Assembly: GCA_016285175.1 (NCBI GenBank)
Contig: JAEEQF010000001.1
Coordinates: forward strand, 32,099 to 96,098
Reading direction: 5' to 3'
Origin: Bacteroidales bacterium
GTDB lineage: Bacteria > Bacteroidota > Bacteroidia > Bacteroidales > UBA932
Length of the DNA stretch: 64,000 bases
Part shown: in pieces, positions 44,220 to 53,818 of the stretch
Layout of the letters: the number at the start of each line of letters is the position of its first letter
Numbering within the stretch: position 1 is the first letter of the stretch
Made by a program: the position numbers and the translations under genes
Notes under the pieces: model-generated
What the model saw: only the letters and a program-made list of their open reading frames with translations
Told to the model about the DNA's origin: nothing
Databases searched by the model: none

Positions 44220-45200
44220 CTACCGGGTTCTGTCGCCCACATAGCGGGCCAGCTCAATCAAATAGGCCTTTTCGCGGGATTCCGGAAGCGCATCCAGGCA
44301 GGAAATGGAGCGGTCGATATAGCCGTCCAGCTTCCGGCAGGCCAATTCCACGCCGCCGCGGGACAGTACGAACGCCCGCACTTCGGCCGCCAGGGCCGGC
44401 TGGTCCAGGATACGGACTACCTTTTTCCGAACGGCCACGGCCTGCTCCTGGGGAACCGTTTCCAGGGCGCACAGCAGCGGCTGGGTTATCTTCTGCTCCT
44501 TCAGGTCTATGCCCACAGGTTTGCCCACCTGGGCGGCACTGGCGCCGTAATCGAAGATATCGTCCTTGATCTGGAAGGCCAGACCCAGGTTGCGGGCAAA
44601 GGCGCCGGCCGCTTCCCGGATGTTTCCCGGCGCATCCACGGACACCGCCGCCGCCAGGGCCGATGCCTCGAACAGCGACGCCGTCTTGCTGTAGATGATG
44701 CGGTGGTAATCTTCCTCCGTGGTGTCTCCGGAGGAGGCCTTCTGCATCTGCAGGAGCTCGCCTTCGGCCAGGTCGGCCAGGGTTTTGGCAAAGATGCGGA
44801 GCACCTGTTCGGAATAACGGTCCGCGTCCAGGATGGTCTGCATGCAGCGCACCAGCCAGTAGTCGCCGATGAGCACGGCGGCGGAGCTGTTCAGCAGGGA
44901 TGCCACCGTGGGAAGTCCTCTCCGCTCCGACGCACCGTCCACCACGTCGTCGTGCAACAGGGTGGAGTTGTGCAGCAGTTCCGCGGCGGCGGCATAGCGG
45001 ACGGTGTCTTCATTCACCGTTCCGCAGGCGCCTCCCACCAGGAGCCCCAGCACAGGACGCAGCATCTTCCCGCCGTTCTCCCGGAGGGAACGGTTGGTGG
45101 CGTCCAGCAGGGTGATGTCGCTTCTGAGAGACGTGTCCATCCGCGCCTCCACCCGCTCCATCAGCGGTTTCAGGAACTGTATTATCGGGCTCAGGCTCAT
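44220..45200 (-). CDS. polyprenyl diphosphate synthase (IspB-like)
   Basis: 326 aa. Two Asp-rich motifs, LLHDDVVDG and FQIKDDIFDY. Confidence 0.85.
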   Translation of the reverse strand: MSLSPIIQFLKPLMERVEARMDTSLRSDITLLDATNRSLRENGGKMLRPVLGLLVGGACGTVNEDTVRYAAAAELLHNSTLLHDDVVDGASERRGLPTVASLLNSSAAVLIGDYWLVRCMQTILDADRYSEQVLRIFAKTLADLAEGELLQMQKASSGDTTEEDYHRIIYSKTASLFEASALAAAVSVDAPGNIREAAGAFARNLGLAFQIKDDIFDYGASAAQVGKPVGIDLKEQKITQPLLCALETVPQEQAVAVRKKVVRILDQPALAAEVRAFVLSRGGVELACRKLDGYIDRSISCLDALPESREKAYLIELARYVGDRTR

Positions 45201-45733
45201 TTATCCAACATATCGGCCAGGGCTTCCACCGTATCGGCCACATGCACCAGGGCGCGGTCTTCCGGTTCCATCATATGGGTTGCCACATAATGGTCCAGCA
45301 GGGCCACCAGCGGGTTGAAGAACCCGTCTATGTTGAGCAGGTACACTTCCCCGTCCCAGCGGTGCAGTTTCCGGAGCACCAGGGTCTCTATTACCTCGTC
45401 CAGGGTGCCGATACCGCCCGGCAGGGCGATGGCCACGTCGCAGCCCAAGCGCATCCGCTCCTTGCGGGTGCTCATGGTCTCCGTCCACACCACCTCCGAA
45501 ACGCCGGGGTTTTCCAGCCCCTTCATAAAGCCCGGAAGCACAGCCACATGCGAAGCGCCCAGGCGGATGGATTCATCCGTGATGGCTCCCATGGTGCCGA
45601 TTTTCCCGCCGCCCGAGACCACCGAGTAGCCCAAAGCATGCAGCGCGCGAACAAGTTCACGCGCTGCCTGATTGTACTTCGGGTCTATGGACGACGAAGC
45701 CGAACAGAAAATGACAGCTTGTCTGTTACCCAT
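45197..45733 (-). CDS. LOG-family nucleotide phosphoribohydrolase
   Basis: 178 aa. GGGKIGTMG and PGGIGTLDE motifs. Confidence 0.85.
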   Translation of the reverse strand: MGNRQAVIFCSASSSIDPKYNQAARELVRALHALGYSVVSGGGKIGTMGAITDESIRLGASHVAVLPGFMKGLENPGVSEVVWTETMSTRKERMRLGCDVAIALPGGIGTLDEVIETLVLRKLHRWDGEVYLLNIDGFFNPLVALLDHYVATHMMEPEDRALVHVADTVEALADMLDK

Positions 45734-46413
45734 TAAAAGAAGAAGCCCAGGGTGAGTTTAACGCCGTTGTAGTTGTTAATGTCGCTGAAGTTGTCCTTCA
45801 CGTTGTCCCAGACCTTGGTGCCGTCCACCTTGCCGTCGCTGTTGTACAGCTTGCCCAGATTCATGAAATACTGGATGGAAAGCTGCAGATGCTTGATGAG
45901 CTCGATACCGGCACCGATGCTGAAGCCGTATTCCACCTTGTTCTTGGCCTTTTCCAGATCTGCATTGAAATCGTCGCTGCTCATTCCGATGCCCAGGATA
46001 TTGCTGGAGGACTTCTCACCGCCGGGGGCAATCATATAGCCCAGGAAAGGCTGCAGCATCACGAAAGGACGGCCGATGATAAGGTCCGGACCCCACTGCA
46101 GGCCCACACCCATCTCCAGGAAGCCGGATTTGCTGTCCAGGGAACCGGACCAGGCTGCGAAGTTGGCGGAGTCATTGATGGAGGCTCCCTTCATCTCATA
46201 CGTAAGGGCGGGCTGCAGGGCAAAACCTGCACCCAGGTTAAACTTGTAGGCGGCACCCACATGGAAGAGGGTAACACTCTTGGCCTGCTCCCACACCTGC
46301 TGCGAAGACAGATTGGTATTGGAGAAGTTAATGCCGGCAAGGATACCGAACTGGGCGTGTGCCAGCGTTGCAGAAGCAAACAGCACTGCAACAAGTGCTA
46401 AAAGTTTTTTCAT
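45733..46413 (-). CDS. outer-membrane beta-barrel (porin-family) protein
   Basis: 226 aa. Signal peptide, alternating beta-strand pattern, C-terminal VKLTLGFFF. Confidence 0.65.
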   Translation of the reverse strand: MKKLLALVAVLFASATLAHAQFGILAGINFSNTNLSSQQVWEQAKSVTLFHVGAAYKFNLGAGFALQPALTYEMKGASINDSANFAAWSGSLDSKSGFLEMGVGLQWGPDLIIGRPFVMLQPFLGYMIAPGGEKSSSNILGIGMSSDDFNADLEKAKNKVEYGFSIGAGIELIKHLQLSIQYFMNLGKLYNSDGKVDGTKVWDNVKDNFSDINNYNGVKLTLGFFF

Positions 46414-46417
46414 TGCT

Positions 46418-46732
46418 TTATAGATTTGCGTTAATTCTTTCTATGAGAGCCGTCTTGGGCATGGCGCCCACGGTCTTGTCCACAATCTGTCCGTCCTTGA
46501 TGAAGAGCAGGGTGGGGATGTTCATGATGCGGTAGCGGGCGGCCACCTCGTCGGCGTCGTCCACGTTCACCTTCACCACCACAATCTTGTCGGCCATCTC
46601 TTCCTCTACCTCGTCCAGCAGCGGAGACAACATCCGGCAGGGGCCGCACCAGACGGCCCAGAAGTCCACGATTACAAGCCTGCTGTCCAGAAGCAGGGAA
46701 TCGAAGCTGTTATTGGTTGCAATTTTTGCCAT
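46418..46732 (-). CDS. trxA: thioredoxin
   Basis: 104 aa with a WCGPC active site. Confidence 0.93.
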   Translation of the reverse strand: MAKIATNNSFDSLLLDSRLVIVDFWAVWCGPCRMLSPLLDEVEEEMADKIVVVKVNVDDADEVAARYRIMNIPTLLFIKDGQIVDKTVGAMPKTALIERINANL

Positions 46733-46756
46733 AAGTATAGTTGTTCTTTTGATTCA

Positions 46757-46764
46757 CAAATATA
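46757..46764 (-). promoter_or_regulatory. -7 promoter box (TAtaTTTG) upstream of trxA
   Basis: Minus strand reads CTTATATTTGTGAA 24 nt upstream of the trxA ATG. Confidence 0.5.
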
Positions 46765-46773
46765 AGCATTTTT

Positions 46774-47067
46774 TTACAATGCATCTTCCACAGGAAGCAC
46801 ATAAGCGCGCAGGCCCAGCTTGGGGTTATCGGCATCCAGTTGGCGGAGCGCCTCCATCACCCGGAGGGCGAGGGCGTTGTCCACCACCGTGAGGAGGGCG
46901 TGGTTCTGGGTGGGCCAGGCGTGGTTGCCCAGATGCGGTTCACCGTCCACGGAACCCCGTCCGCCAATCTCTTCCCAAACGGTATAACCGCGTTGGCCCA
47001 GATGCTCCAGCAGTTCTACAATCTCCTGATTGTAAGCCTGGTTGTAAACGACAAATATAGCTTTCAT
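46774..47067 (-). CDS. small P-II-like transporter-associated protein (PG0541/DUF3240-like)
   Basis: 97 aa, directly downstream of the RND permease. Assignment rests on memory of the family and on gene context. Confidence 0.45.
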   Translation of the reverse strand: MKAIFVVYNQAYNQEIVELLEHLGQRGYTVWEEIGGRGSVDGEPHLGNHAWPTQNHALLTVVDNALALRVMEALRQLDADNPKLGLRAYVLPVEDAL

Positions 47068-47070
47068 AAT

Positions 47071-47116
47071 AGATTCTTCACTTCGTTCAGAATGACATAC
47101 TCGTTCAGAATGACAT
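47071..47116. repeat. gene-junction repeat element, copy 2
   Basis: The 28-mer at 47071-47098 is identical to 42021-42048. The 16-mer TCGTTCAGAATGACAT is tandemly duplicated (47083-47098 and 47101-47116). Confidence 0.85.
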
Positions 47117-50100
47117 TATTCCGTTGCGGGGCTTTGCTTGGCCGCCTGGCGGGCGGCCTTGCGGGCCTTGCGCTTGGCGCGATGCTCGGTGAAACCGCAG
47201 TACAGCACCGGGATGAGCACCAGGGTGATGAGCGTGGAAATGCTCAAGCCCCAGGCCACCGTGATACCCAGGCCGCGCCACATCTCGGAGCCTTCGCCGG
47301 TACCCATCGCCATGGGCAGCATACCCAGCACCGTAGTGAGGGTGGTCATCAGGATGGGGCGCAGACGGCTCTTGGCGGCCGTTACGGAAGAATCCCGCAC
47401 GCTCATGCCCCGCTCCTGGCACAGGATGGTGTAGTCGATGAGCACGATACCGTTCTTCACCACGATACCCAGCAGGATGATGATGCCGATGAGGGACATC
47501 ACGCCCACGGCCTGCGAATGGATCAGGTTGCCCAGCGCCACGCCCGTGAGGGCGAACGGGATGGAGAACATGATCACGAACGGTCCCATGAAGGATTCGA
47601 ACTGGGAGGCCATCACCATATACACCAGGATGACGATGAGCAGCATCAGGAGGATCATGTCGGAGAACATGTCCTGCTGCTCCTCGTAGTCACCGCCGAT
47701 CTGCCAGGACATCTCCGGCGGAAGCGGGTTGGCCTCCATCAGGGCGGTGACGGTTTCCACACCGTCGCTCAGGGCCATCCCGCGGGCCATCATACCGGTT
47801 ACGGAGATATAACGCTCGCGGTTTTTGCGCTGGATGGTGGGCGGCACCTTGGATTCCACGATCCGGCCCAGGTCACGCACCTTCACGCCCCGGCCCTGGG
47901 GATTGTAGATAAGGATGTTCTCTATGTCCTCCACGCTCCGGCGGAATTCCGGGGCAAAGCGCACGCGGATGTTGTACTCTTCACCGTCTTCGCGGTAGAA
48001 GGAGGCCACGGTTCCGCTCATGGCGGCACTCACGGCAGCCGCCGCGGTGGTGGAGGTGAGCCCGTTCAGCGCCAGTTTCTCGCGGTCGAAGTCCACCTCG
48101 TATTCGGGGATGTACTGGTCCCGGCTTATCATCACCTGCGCAAACGCCGGATTCTCCAGCATCCGGGCCCGGATGTCGCGGGCCACATTCTCGGTAGCCT
48201 CAAAATCATAGCCATAGATTTCCAGAACCACGCTGGAACGGCCGCCCATGCCCATTCCGCCTTCCGTGACGGTGGCGCGGTTTAGCTCGGGGAACAGGGC
48301 CAGGTCTTCCCGAATGATATCGGCCAGCTCGGAGGTGGAGCGCTTGCGTTCCTCCATGGAGCCCACGTTGATGTTCATGGAAATGAGGTAGGCGCCGTTG
48401 TTCCGCATGGAAGCAAAGGCGTTGTCGGCATCGGCCTGGCCGAAGTTATAGCTGATGACGCGGATTTCCGGCACGTCGGCCACCACCTTCTCGTAGATAC
48501 GGGCGGCCACGCCGGCGGTAACTTCCTGGGCCGTGCCGATGGGCAGTTCGGCCGATACGGTAATACGTCCCTGGTCCTGCGTGGGGAAGTACTCGGTCTT
48601 CATCCGGGGGCCATACAGCGCCAGCACGCCCACGAAGATGACCACCGCCAGCAGCAGGATGAGCTTCTTGTGGTTCATGCACCAGGCGATAAGGCGGGAA
48701 TAGCCGCTGGAGATGCCGTCCAGCACCTTGTTCCAGGGGTCGAAGATGAAGTGGTACAGACGGCCGCTCTTGTTCTCCACCGTGAGCAGCAGGGAGCAAA
48801 GCATAGGTACCAGCGTAAGGGCTGCCGTGGTGGACACGATCATGATGATGGACACAATCCAGCCCAGCTGCTTGAACATGATGCCCGTCATGCCGGAAAT
48901 CATGGTGAGCGGCAGGAACACGCACAGCATGGTGAGGGTGGACGCGATTACGGAGATACCCACCTCGGCGGTGCCATGCACGGCGGCCTCCTTGGGTTTT
49001 TCTCCCCGGTCCAGATGGGACGTAACGTTCTCCAGCACCACGATGGCGTCGTCCACCACCATGCCGATGGCGATGGCCAGGGCGCTCATGGAGATGATGT
49101 TAAGCGTGTTCCCCGTGGCAAACAGGTACAGCAGCGAGGCCAGCAGGGCGATAGGGATGGACAGCACAACTATGAAGGTGGCCTTCCACCGGCCCAGGAA
49201 CAGCCACACCACCAGCATCACCACCAGGAAGATGATGACGATGGTCTCCTTGAGGGAGTTGATGGTGCGGAGGATGTTGTCCGAAGAGTCCACCACCGTG
49301 GTGATCTTGATGTCCGAAGGGAGGTCCCGCTCCAGGCGGGAGAGGGCCTTCTTCACGTCCCGGATCACGTTCACGGTGTTGTAGCCGGACTGGCGCTGGA
49401 TGATGATCTGGGCGCCGCGGACGCCGTTTGTATAGGATTCCTGCGACTTCTCCTCCAGGCCGTCGTACACGCGGGCCACGTCACGCAGATAGATGGCGTT
49501 CCCGTTGTAGGACATCAGGATGATGTCCAGCAGTTCGGACGGGTCCTTGAATTCCTTGGTGATGCGGAGCGTATAGGTCTCCGAGCCGATGTCGATGCTG
49601 CCGGAGGGCACGTTCCGGTTCTCGGCGGCGATCACCTGCGCGATGGAGGCGATGCTGAGCCCGTAGGCTTCCAGCTTCACCGGGTCGCAATAGACCTGGA
49701 TTTCCCGGTTGGGGGCGCCGGAGACGGAAACCGTACCCACACCCGACACACGGGCCAGCGGGGTGGCCACCTTGTCATCCAGGATCTTGTCCAGGGCGCT
49801 CACGCTCTGGTCGGCCGTGGCCGACAGGATCATGATGGGCATGTCGTCGGCGCTGAACTTGAAGATGGTGGGCGAAGAGGCTCCGTCCGGGAGGGTCTGC
49901 ACCACCATGTCCAGCTTGTCGCGGACGTCGTTGGTGGCTACTTCTATGTCTGTTCCGTATTCGAACTCCAGGGTGAGCACGGAAATGTTCTCCCGGGAGT
50001 TGGAGGTGATGTCCTTAAGGTTGGACACGCCGTTCAGGGAGTTCTCCAGCACCTTGGTGAGGTTGTTCTCCACGTCTTCGGCACTGGCGCCGGGATAGGA

Positions 50101-50247
50101 GCTCATCACCATGATGGTGTTGGACTCTATGTCCGGGAAGTTATCTACCGGGAGCCGCGTGAGCGCAAACACGCCCAGGATGGCGAAAGCCAGGAAGATA
50201 AGGGCCGTGGTTACCGGCTTGTTGACGGCTGCTCTGAATATGCTCAT
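47116..50247 (-). CDS. RND efflux transporter permease (AcrB/HAE1 family)
   Basis: 1043 aa with 12-TM AcrB architecture and two large periplasmic loops. Confidence 0.92.
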   Translation of the reverse strand: MSIFRAAVNKPVTTALIFLAFAILGVFALTRLPVDNFPDIESNTIMVMSSYPGASAEDVENNLTKVLENSLNGVSNLKDITSNSRENISVLTLEFEYGTDIEVATNDVRDKLDMVVQTLPDGASSPTIFKFSADDMPIMILSATADQSVSALDKILDDKVATPLARVSGVGTVSVSGAPNREIQVYCDPVKLEAYGLSIASIAQVIAAENRNVPSGSIDIGSETYTLRITKEFKDPSELLDIILMSYNGNAIYLRDVARVYDGLEEKSQESYTNGVRGAQIIIQRQSGYNTVNVIRDVKKALSRLERDLPSDIKITTVVDSSDNILRTINSLKETIVIIFLVVMLVVWLFLGRWKATFIVVLSIPIALLASLLYLFATGNTLNIISMSALAIAIGMVVDDAIVVLENVTSHLDRGEKPKEAAVHGTAEVGISVIASTLTMLCVFLPLTMISGMTGIMFKQLGWIVSIIMIVSTTAALTLVPMLCSLLLTVENKSGRLYHFIFDPWNKVLDGISSGYSRLIAWCMNHKKLILLLAVVIFVGVLALYGPRMKTEYFPTQDQGRITVSAELPIGTAQEVTAGVAARIYEKVVADVPEIRVISYNFGQADADNAFASMRNNGAYLISMNINVGSMEERKRSTSELADIIREDLALFPELNRATVTEGGMGMGGRSSVVLEIYGYDFEATENVARDIRARMLENPAFAQVMISRDQYIPEYEVDFDREKLALNGLTSTTAAAAVSAAMSGTVASFYREDGEEYNIRVRFAPEFRRSVEDIENILIYNPQGRGVKVRDLGRIVESKVPPTIQRKNRERYISVTGMMARGMALSDGVETVTALMEANPLPPEMSWQIGGDYEEQQDMFSDMILLMLLIVILVYMVMASQFESFMGPFVIMFSIPFALTGVALGNLIHSQAVGVMSLIGIIILLGIVVKNGIVLIDYTILCQERGMSVRDSSVTAAKSRLRPILMTTLTTVLGMLPMAMGTGEGSEMWRGLGITVAWGLSISTLITLVLIPVLYCGFTEHRAKRKARKAARQAAKQSPATE

Positions 50248-50256
50248 ACTGCCTTC

Positions 50257-51294
50257 CTACTTGTTAAGAACCACTACCTTCACGCCGTCCTTGAGGGCCG
50301 CCTGGCCTTTAGAGACCACCTGGTCGCCCTCGGAAACGCCTTCCAGCACCTCGTACTCCGTGCCGATGTGGCGGCCCAGGGTTACGGGGACGTAACTCAC
50401 GGTATTGTCGGCCTTGAGCAGGTACACGAAGCGCTGTCCGGTCCCTTCCTGCTTCACGATGCACAGGTCCGGGACCACGATGCTGTGGTTGTTGCCATAA
50501 TTCACGGTTACGCGGGCGTACATGCCGGGGCGAAGCACTCGGTCCGTGTTGGCCACGTGGACCTCGGCCCGGAAGGTGTGCGTTGCGGCGTCGATGGTGG
50601 GATACAGGCGTTCCACCTTGCCGGTGAAGCTGCGGCCGGGCAGGGCATCGGCTTTGATGGCCACCGACTGGCCCTTCTTCACCTTGGTGTATTCACTCTC
50701 GGAAATGCCCACGAGCAGTTTCACGGGAACCACCTGCTGCACGGTAAAGAGCGGGGCGCTCATGGAGAACATGTCCCCCTGGTCAAAGTTGCGGGCGGTC
50801 ACGAAACCCGTGATGGGCGTGCGCAGGATGGTGTTTTCCAGCAGGTTCTGGTAGTTGGTCTTGCGCACCTTGTAGCCCAGTTCGGCGGTCTCGAAATCGC
50901 TCTGGGACAGGCCGCCTTCCTCGTACAGGGCCTTCAGGCGCTTGAACTCTATCTCGTCGTTCTGGATCTGGAGCTCCAGCTGTTCCAGTTGCAGGCGGTC
51001 CATCTCGGCCAGCACCTGGCCCTTGGTCACATAGTCGCCCACCTCCGCGTTGATCTTGCGGATGCGGCCGCCGGCCTGTGGCATTATGTTGTTGGTGGCG
51101 AAGGCCTCCACCGTAGAGGAATAGGAGCTTTCCTGGGCCACGTCCTTGCTGGTGGCCGATATCACTTCCACATTGGGCGTAACGTTGGCCTGGGGGCCGA
51201 AACCGGCGGGACCCGCCTGGGTGTTTCCATTCCGGTTTCCGCAGGAAAGGGCCGCCAGGGCAGCTGCAGCCAATACAATGATTCTGGTTTTCAT
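50257..51294 (-). CDS. RND efflux periplasmic adaptor (membrane fusion protein)
   Basis: 345 aa. Lipoprotein signal (LSC), coiled-coil hairpin and barrel-sandwich pattern. Confidence 0.85.
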   Translation of the reverse strand: MKTRIIVLAAAALAALSCGNRNGNTQAGPAGFGPQANVTPNVEVISATSKDVAQESSYSSTVEAFATNNIMPQAGGRIRKINAEVGDYVTKGQVLAEMDRLQLEQLELQIQNDEIEFKRLKALYEEGGLSQSDFETAELGYKVRKTNYQNLLENTILRTPITGFVTARNFDQGDMFSMSAPLFTVQQVVPVKLLVGISESEYTKVKKGQSVAIKADALPGRSFTGKVERLYPTIDAATHTFRAEVHVANTDRVLRPGMYARVTVNYGNNHSIVVPDLCIVKQEGTGQRFVYLLKADNTVSYVPVTLGRHIGTEYEVLEGVSEGDQVVSKGQAALKDGVKVVVLNK

Positions 51295-51305
51295 ATCTGT
51301 TCTAT

Positions 51306-52835
51306 CTATTTTTCTAAGGTTGCTGTTTCGTCGGTGAAATCGTAGCCCAGGGTCTGCTCCAGGCCCGCTTTGGCGTTCACAAAGTTGTATACCGCCTGCA
51401 GGGCCTGCAACTTGGTCTGGGTGAGGGTGAGCTCCGTGTTGTTCAGGTCCGTGAGCGTGCTCCGGCCCACCTGATAGCTCTTGGCCGCAACATCGTAGGC
51501 CTTTTCGGCCGATTTGATGGCGTCCCTGGCCGCATCGTACGAGCGCATGGAAGTCTCCATGGTGGAGAGGCTCTGGCGGATGCCGATCCGGAGCTGGCGC
51601 TCCGCATTCACCCGCTGGAGGTCCAGTTCATCGGCCTGTACGCGCGTCTGCTTGATGGCATGGTAACGCTGGCCGCCGGAGAAGATAGGGATGCTGAGCG
51701 AAAGGGCCAGGGTGCTGGACGGCAGCCATTTCCACTGGGCCAGGTTGAACTTGTCGCTCTGGGTGTAGTAGTTGTAGCTAACCTGCATGGAAAGGGTGGG
51801 CAGGTATGCGTACTGCTGCATACGGATCTGCTTGGCCAGCATCTCCGCCTGTTTGGCCAGCTGGCGCAGCTGGGAGTTGCGCTCCAGGGAGGCCTCTTCC
51901 CCTTCGTTGATGTCGTAGAACATGTGCTGGGCATAATCTTCCAGACTGCCCGCCACATCTATGGCACGGTCCAGGTCCAGGCCCATCACAGCCTTGAGCT
52001 GCCACAGGGCGAGGTAGATGGAATTCTCCGCATTGTACAGGTTGGGAATGGCCGCAGCCACGCTGGCCAGGGCCCGGGAACGGTCCATTTCCGTGGCCTT
52101 CTGGGCGTTGAAACGCATTTCCGTGAGTTTGCAGTTCTCCACCGCATTCTCATACACGGCGTTGTATACATCGTAGGAAGCCTTGGCCAGCAGGACGGAA
52201 TAGTAGGCCTGCTTTACGGATGTAACCGTGCCCAGACGGCTTTCGCGGGCCTGTTCCACGGCCAGTTCCACCTGGTCGCCCGTGAGGCGCAGGCTCTCCC
52301 AAAGCTGGAAATTCACCACCGGCATGGAGGCCGACAGGCCCAGGGAGACTTGGTTGCGGCGGCCCATCTCGATGGCGCCGTCACCGGACTGCTGTTCCGT
52401 TTCCGGGGTTGTGGGGGGCACATACGGGACGAAGGGGGCACCTGTGTAAGCATACAGTTGTTCGATGTAGTACATGATGGGATCCATCATACCGGCCATC
52501 ATGCCGGCCATGCCGCCACCGCCGCCGGAACCTTCCTCTTCCGAATCCGATCCGAAGTATACCTTCTGCTTCTGGATGGCGTAACTGAACATGCCGGAAG
52601 CGCTGATCTGCGGGAAAAGCTGGCCATAAGAGCCCCTTTGTGCATATTTGGTGCGTTCCACCTCCATATCGGCCACTTTCACGGAGACATTCTCCGAAAG
52701 GGCGATCTTTACCGCATCCTCCAGCGTGAGCACCAGCGTGGTGTCGCCGGCGGGACGCTCCTCCCCTTTATACTGAGCCTGCGCCGCCAGGGGAACCAGG
52801 AGCGCAAGCATAAGAATACACTTTTTTAAAAACAT
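51306..52835 (-). CDS. TolC-family outer-membrane efflux protein
   Basis: About 509 aa from the ATG at 52833-52835 (the track starts at TTG 52844). Signal peptide and duplicated OEP repeats. Confidence 0.85.
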   Translation of the reverse strand: MFLKKCILMLALLVPLAAQAQYKGEERPAGDTTLVLTLEDAVKIALSENVSVKVADMEVERTKYAQRGSYGQLFPQISASGMFSYAIQKQKVYFGSDSEEEGSGGGGGMAGMMAGMMDPIMYYIEQLYAYTGAPFVPYVPPTTPETEQQSGDGAIEMGRRNQVSLGLSASMPVVNFQLWESLRLTGDQVELAVEQARESRLGTVTSVKQAYYSVLLAKASYDVYNAVYENAVENCKLTEMRFNAQKATEMDRSRALASVAAAIPNLYNAENSIYLALWQLKAVMGLDLDRAIDVAGSLEDYAQHMFYDINEGEEASLERNSQLRQLAKQAEMLAKQIRMQQYAYLPTLSMQVSYNYYTQSDKFNLAQWKWLPSSTLALSLSIPIFSGGQRYHAIKQTRVQADELDLQRVNAERQLRIGIRQSLSTMETSMRSYDAARDAIKSAEKAYDVAAKSYQVGRSTLTDLNNTELTLTQTKLQALQAVYNFVNAKAGLEQTLGYDFTDETATLEK

Positions 52836-52876
52836 ATATATCAACCTATTCTAAATCAAAAGACGCTTTTCCACTA

Positions 52877-52907
52877 CAAAAATCACACCCCCAGATAGGG
52901 GTGTGAT
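52877..52907 (-). terminator. rho-independent terminator after lgt
   Basis: ATCACACCCC-CAGATA-GGGGTGTGAT 10-bp stem, followed on the minus strand by TTTTTG. It starts 6 nt after the lgt stop. Confidence 0.75.
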
Positions 52908-52912
52908 AAAAA

Positions 52913-53797
52913 TTAGTGATTTATCGGCTTGGCGTAGTGGGTTTCCTCCTTCTTTTTGGGCCCCGCCTCCGGCGGGATGGCCCGGGCCGGCTGCTTTTTC
53001 TTATAGGCATACACCAGGAAGCCGATGCCCAGCAGGACGAAGGGGATACTCAGGATCTGGCCCATATTCAGGAGCATATCGGCCTCGAATTCCACCTGGT
53101 CGTTCTTGATGAATTCGATGAGGAAGCGGCTGCCGAAGCACACGATAAGGAAGATGCCCACGAAGGTACCGCGGTACACCTTGTCCAGTTTTTTCCAGTA
53201 AAGCCACATGAGCACTATGCCCAGAAGCAGATAGGTGCCGGCCTCGTAAAGCTGGGTGGGATGGCAGGGCTCCGTTTCTCCGTTGCGTTGGAAGATAAAG
53301 CCCCAGGGAAGGTCCGTGGGAGCGCCGTAAATCTCTGAATTGAAGAGGTTTCCCAGGCGGATGAAGCAGGCGGCGAAGGCCACCGGGATTACCAGATGGT
53401 CTATAACCCAGACATAGTCGAAGCCGTTCTTGCGGCCGTAGCGGCTGGCATACCACCAGATACCCAGCAGGATGGCGATGGTGCCGCCGTGGCTGGCCAG
53501 GCCGCCCTTCCAGGGCATGAAGATTTCCCAGAATCCCTGCCAGCTGCCCAGGTAATAGTCCGGCTGGTAAAAGAGGCAATGTCCCAGGCGGGCGCCCACG
53601 ATGGTGCAGATAAGGAGCATGTACAGCATGGGGTCCAGCAGGTCCAGCTTGATCTTTTCCCGTTTGAAGAAGCTCTTCATTATATACCAGCCCAGGATGA
53701 ATCCGCTCACGAACAGGATGGAATACCACCTTAGCTGGAAAGCGCCGATCTTAAAGATGACCGGGTCTATATTCCAATTGACTACCAATAAATCCAT
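52913..53797 (-). CDS. lgt: prolipoprotein diacylglyceryl transferase
   Basis: About 294 aa from the ATG at 53795-53797 (MDLLVVNWNIDPVIFKIGAFQLRWY). Contains GGLASHGG. The track start (TTG 53806) overlaps the promoter box. Confidence 0.9.
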   Translation of the reverse strand: MDLLVVNWNIDPVIFKIGAFQLRWYSILFVSGFILGWYIMKSFFKREKIKLDLLDPMLYMLLICTIVGARLGHCLFYQPDYYLGSWQGFWEIFMPWKGGLASHGGTIAILLGIWWYASRYGRKNGFDYVWVIDHLVIPVAFAACFIRLGNLFNSEIYGAPTDLPWGFIFQRNGETEPCHPTQLYEAGTYLLLGIVLMWLYWKKLDKVYRGTFVGIFLIVCFGSRFLIEFIKNDQVEFEADMLLNMGQILSIPFVLLGIGFLVYAYKKKQPARAIPPEAGPKKKEETHYAKPINH

Positions 53798-53803
53798 AAC
53801 TTG

Positions 53804-53811
53804 CAAAGATA
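53804..53811 (-). promoter_or_regulatory. -7 promoter box (TAtcTTTG), only 6 nt from the lgt ATG
   Basis: Minus strand reads TATCTTTG-CAAGTT-ATG. Confidence 0.5.
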
Positions 53812-53818
53812 CAAATTT

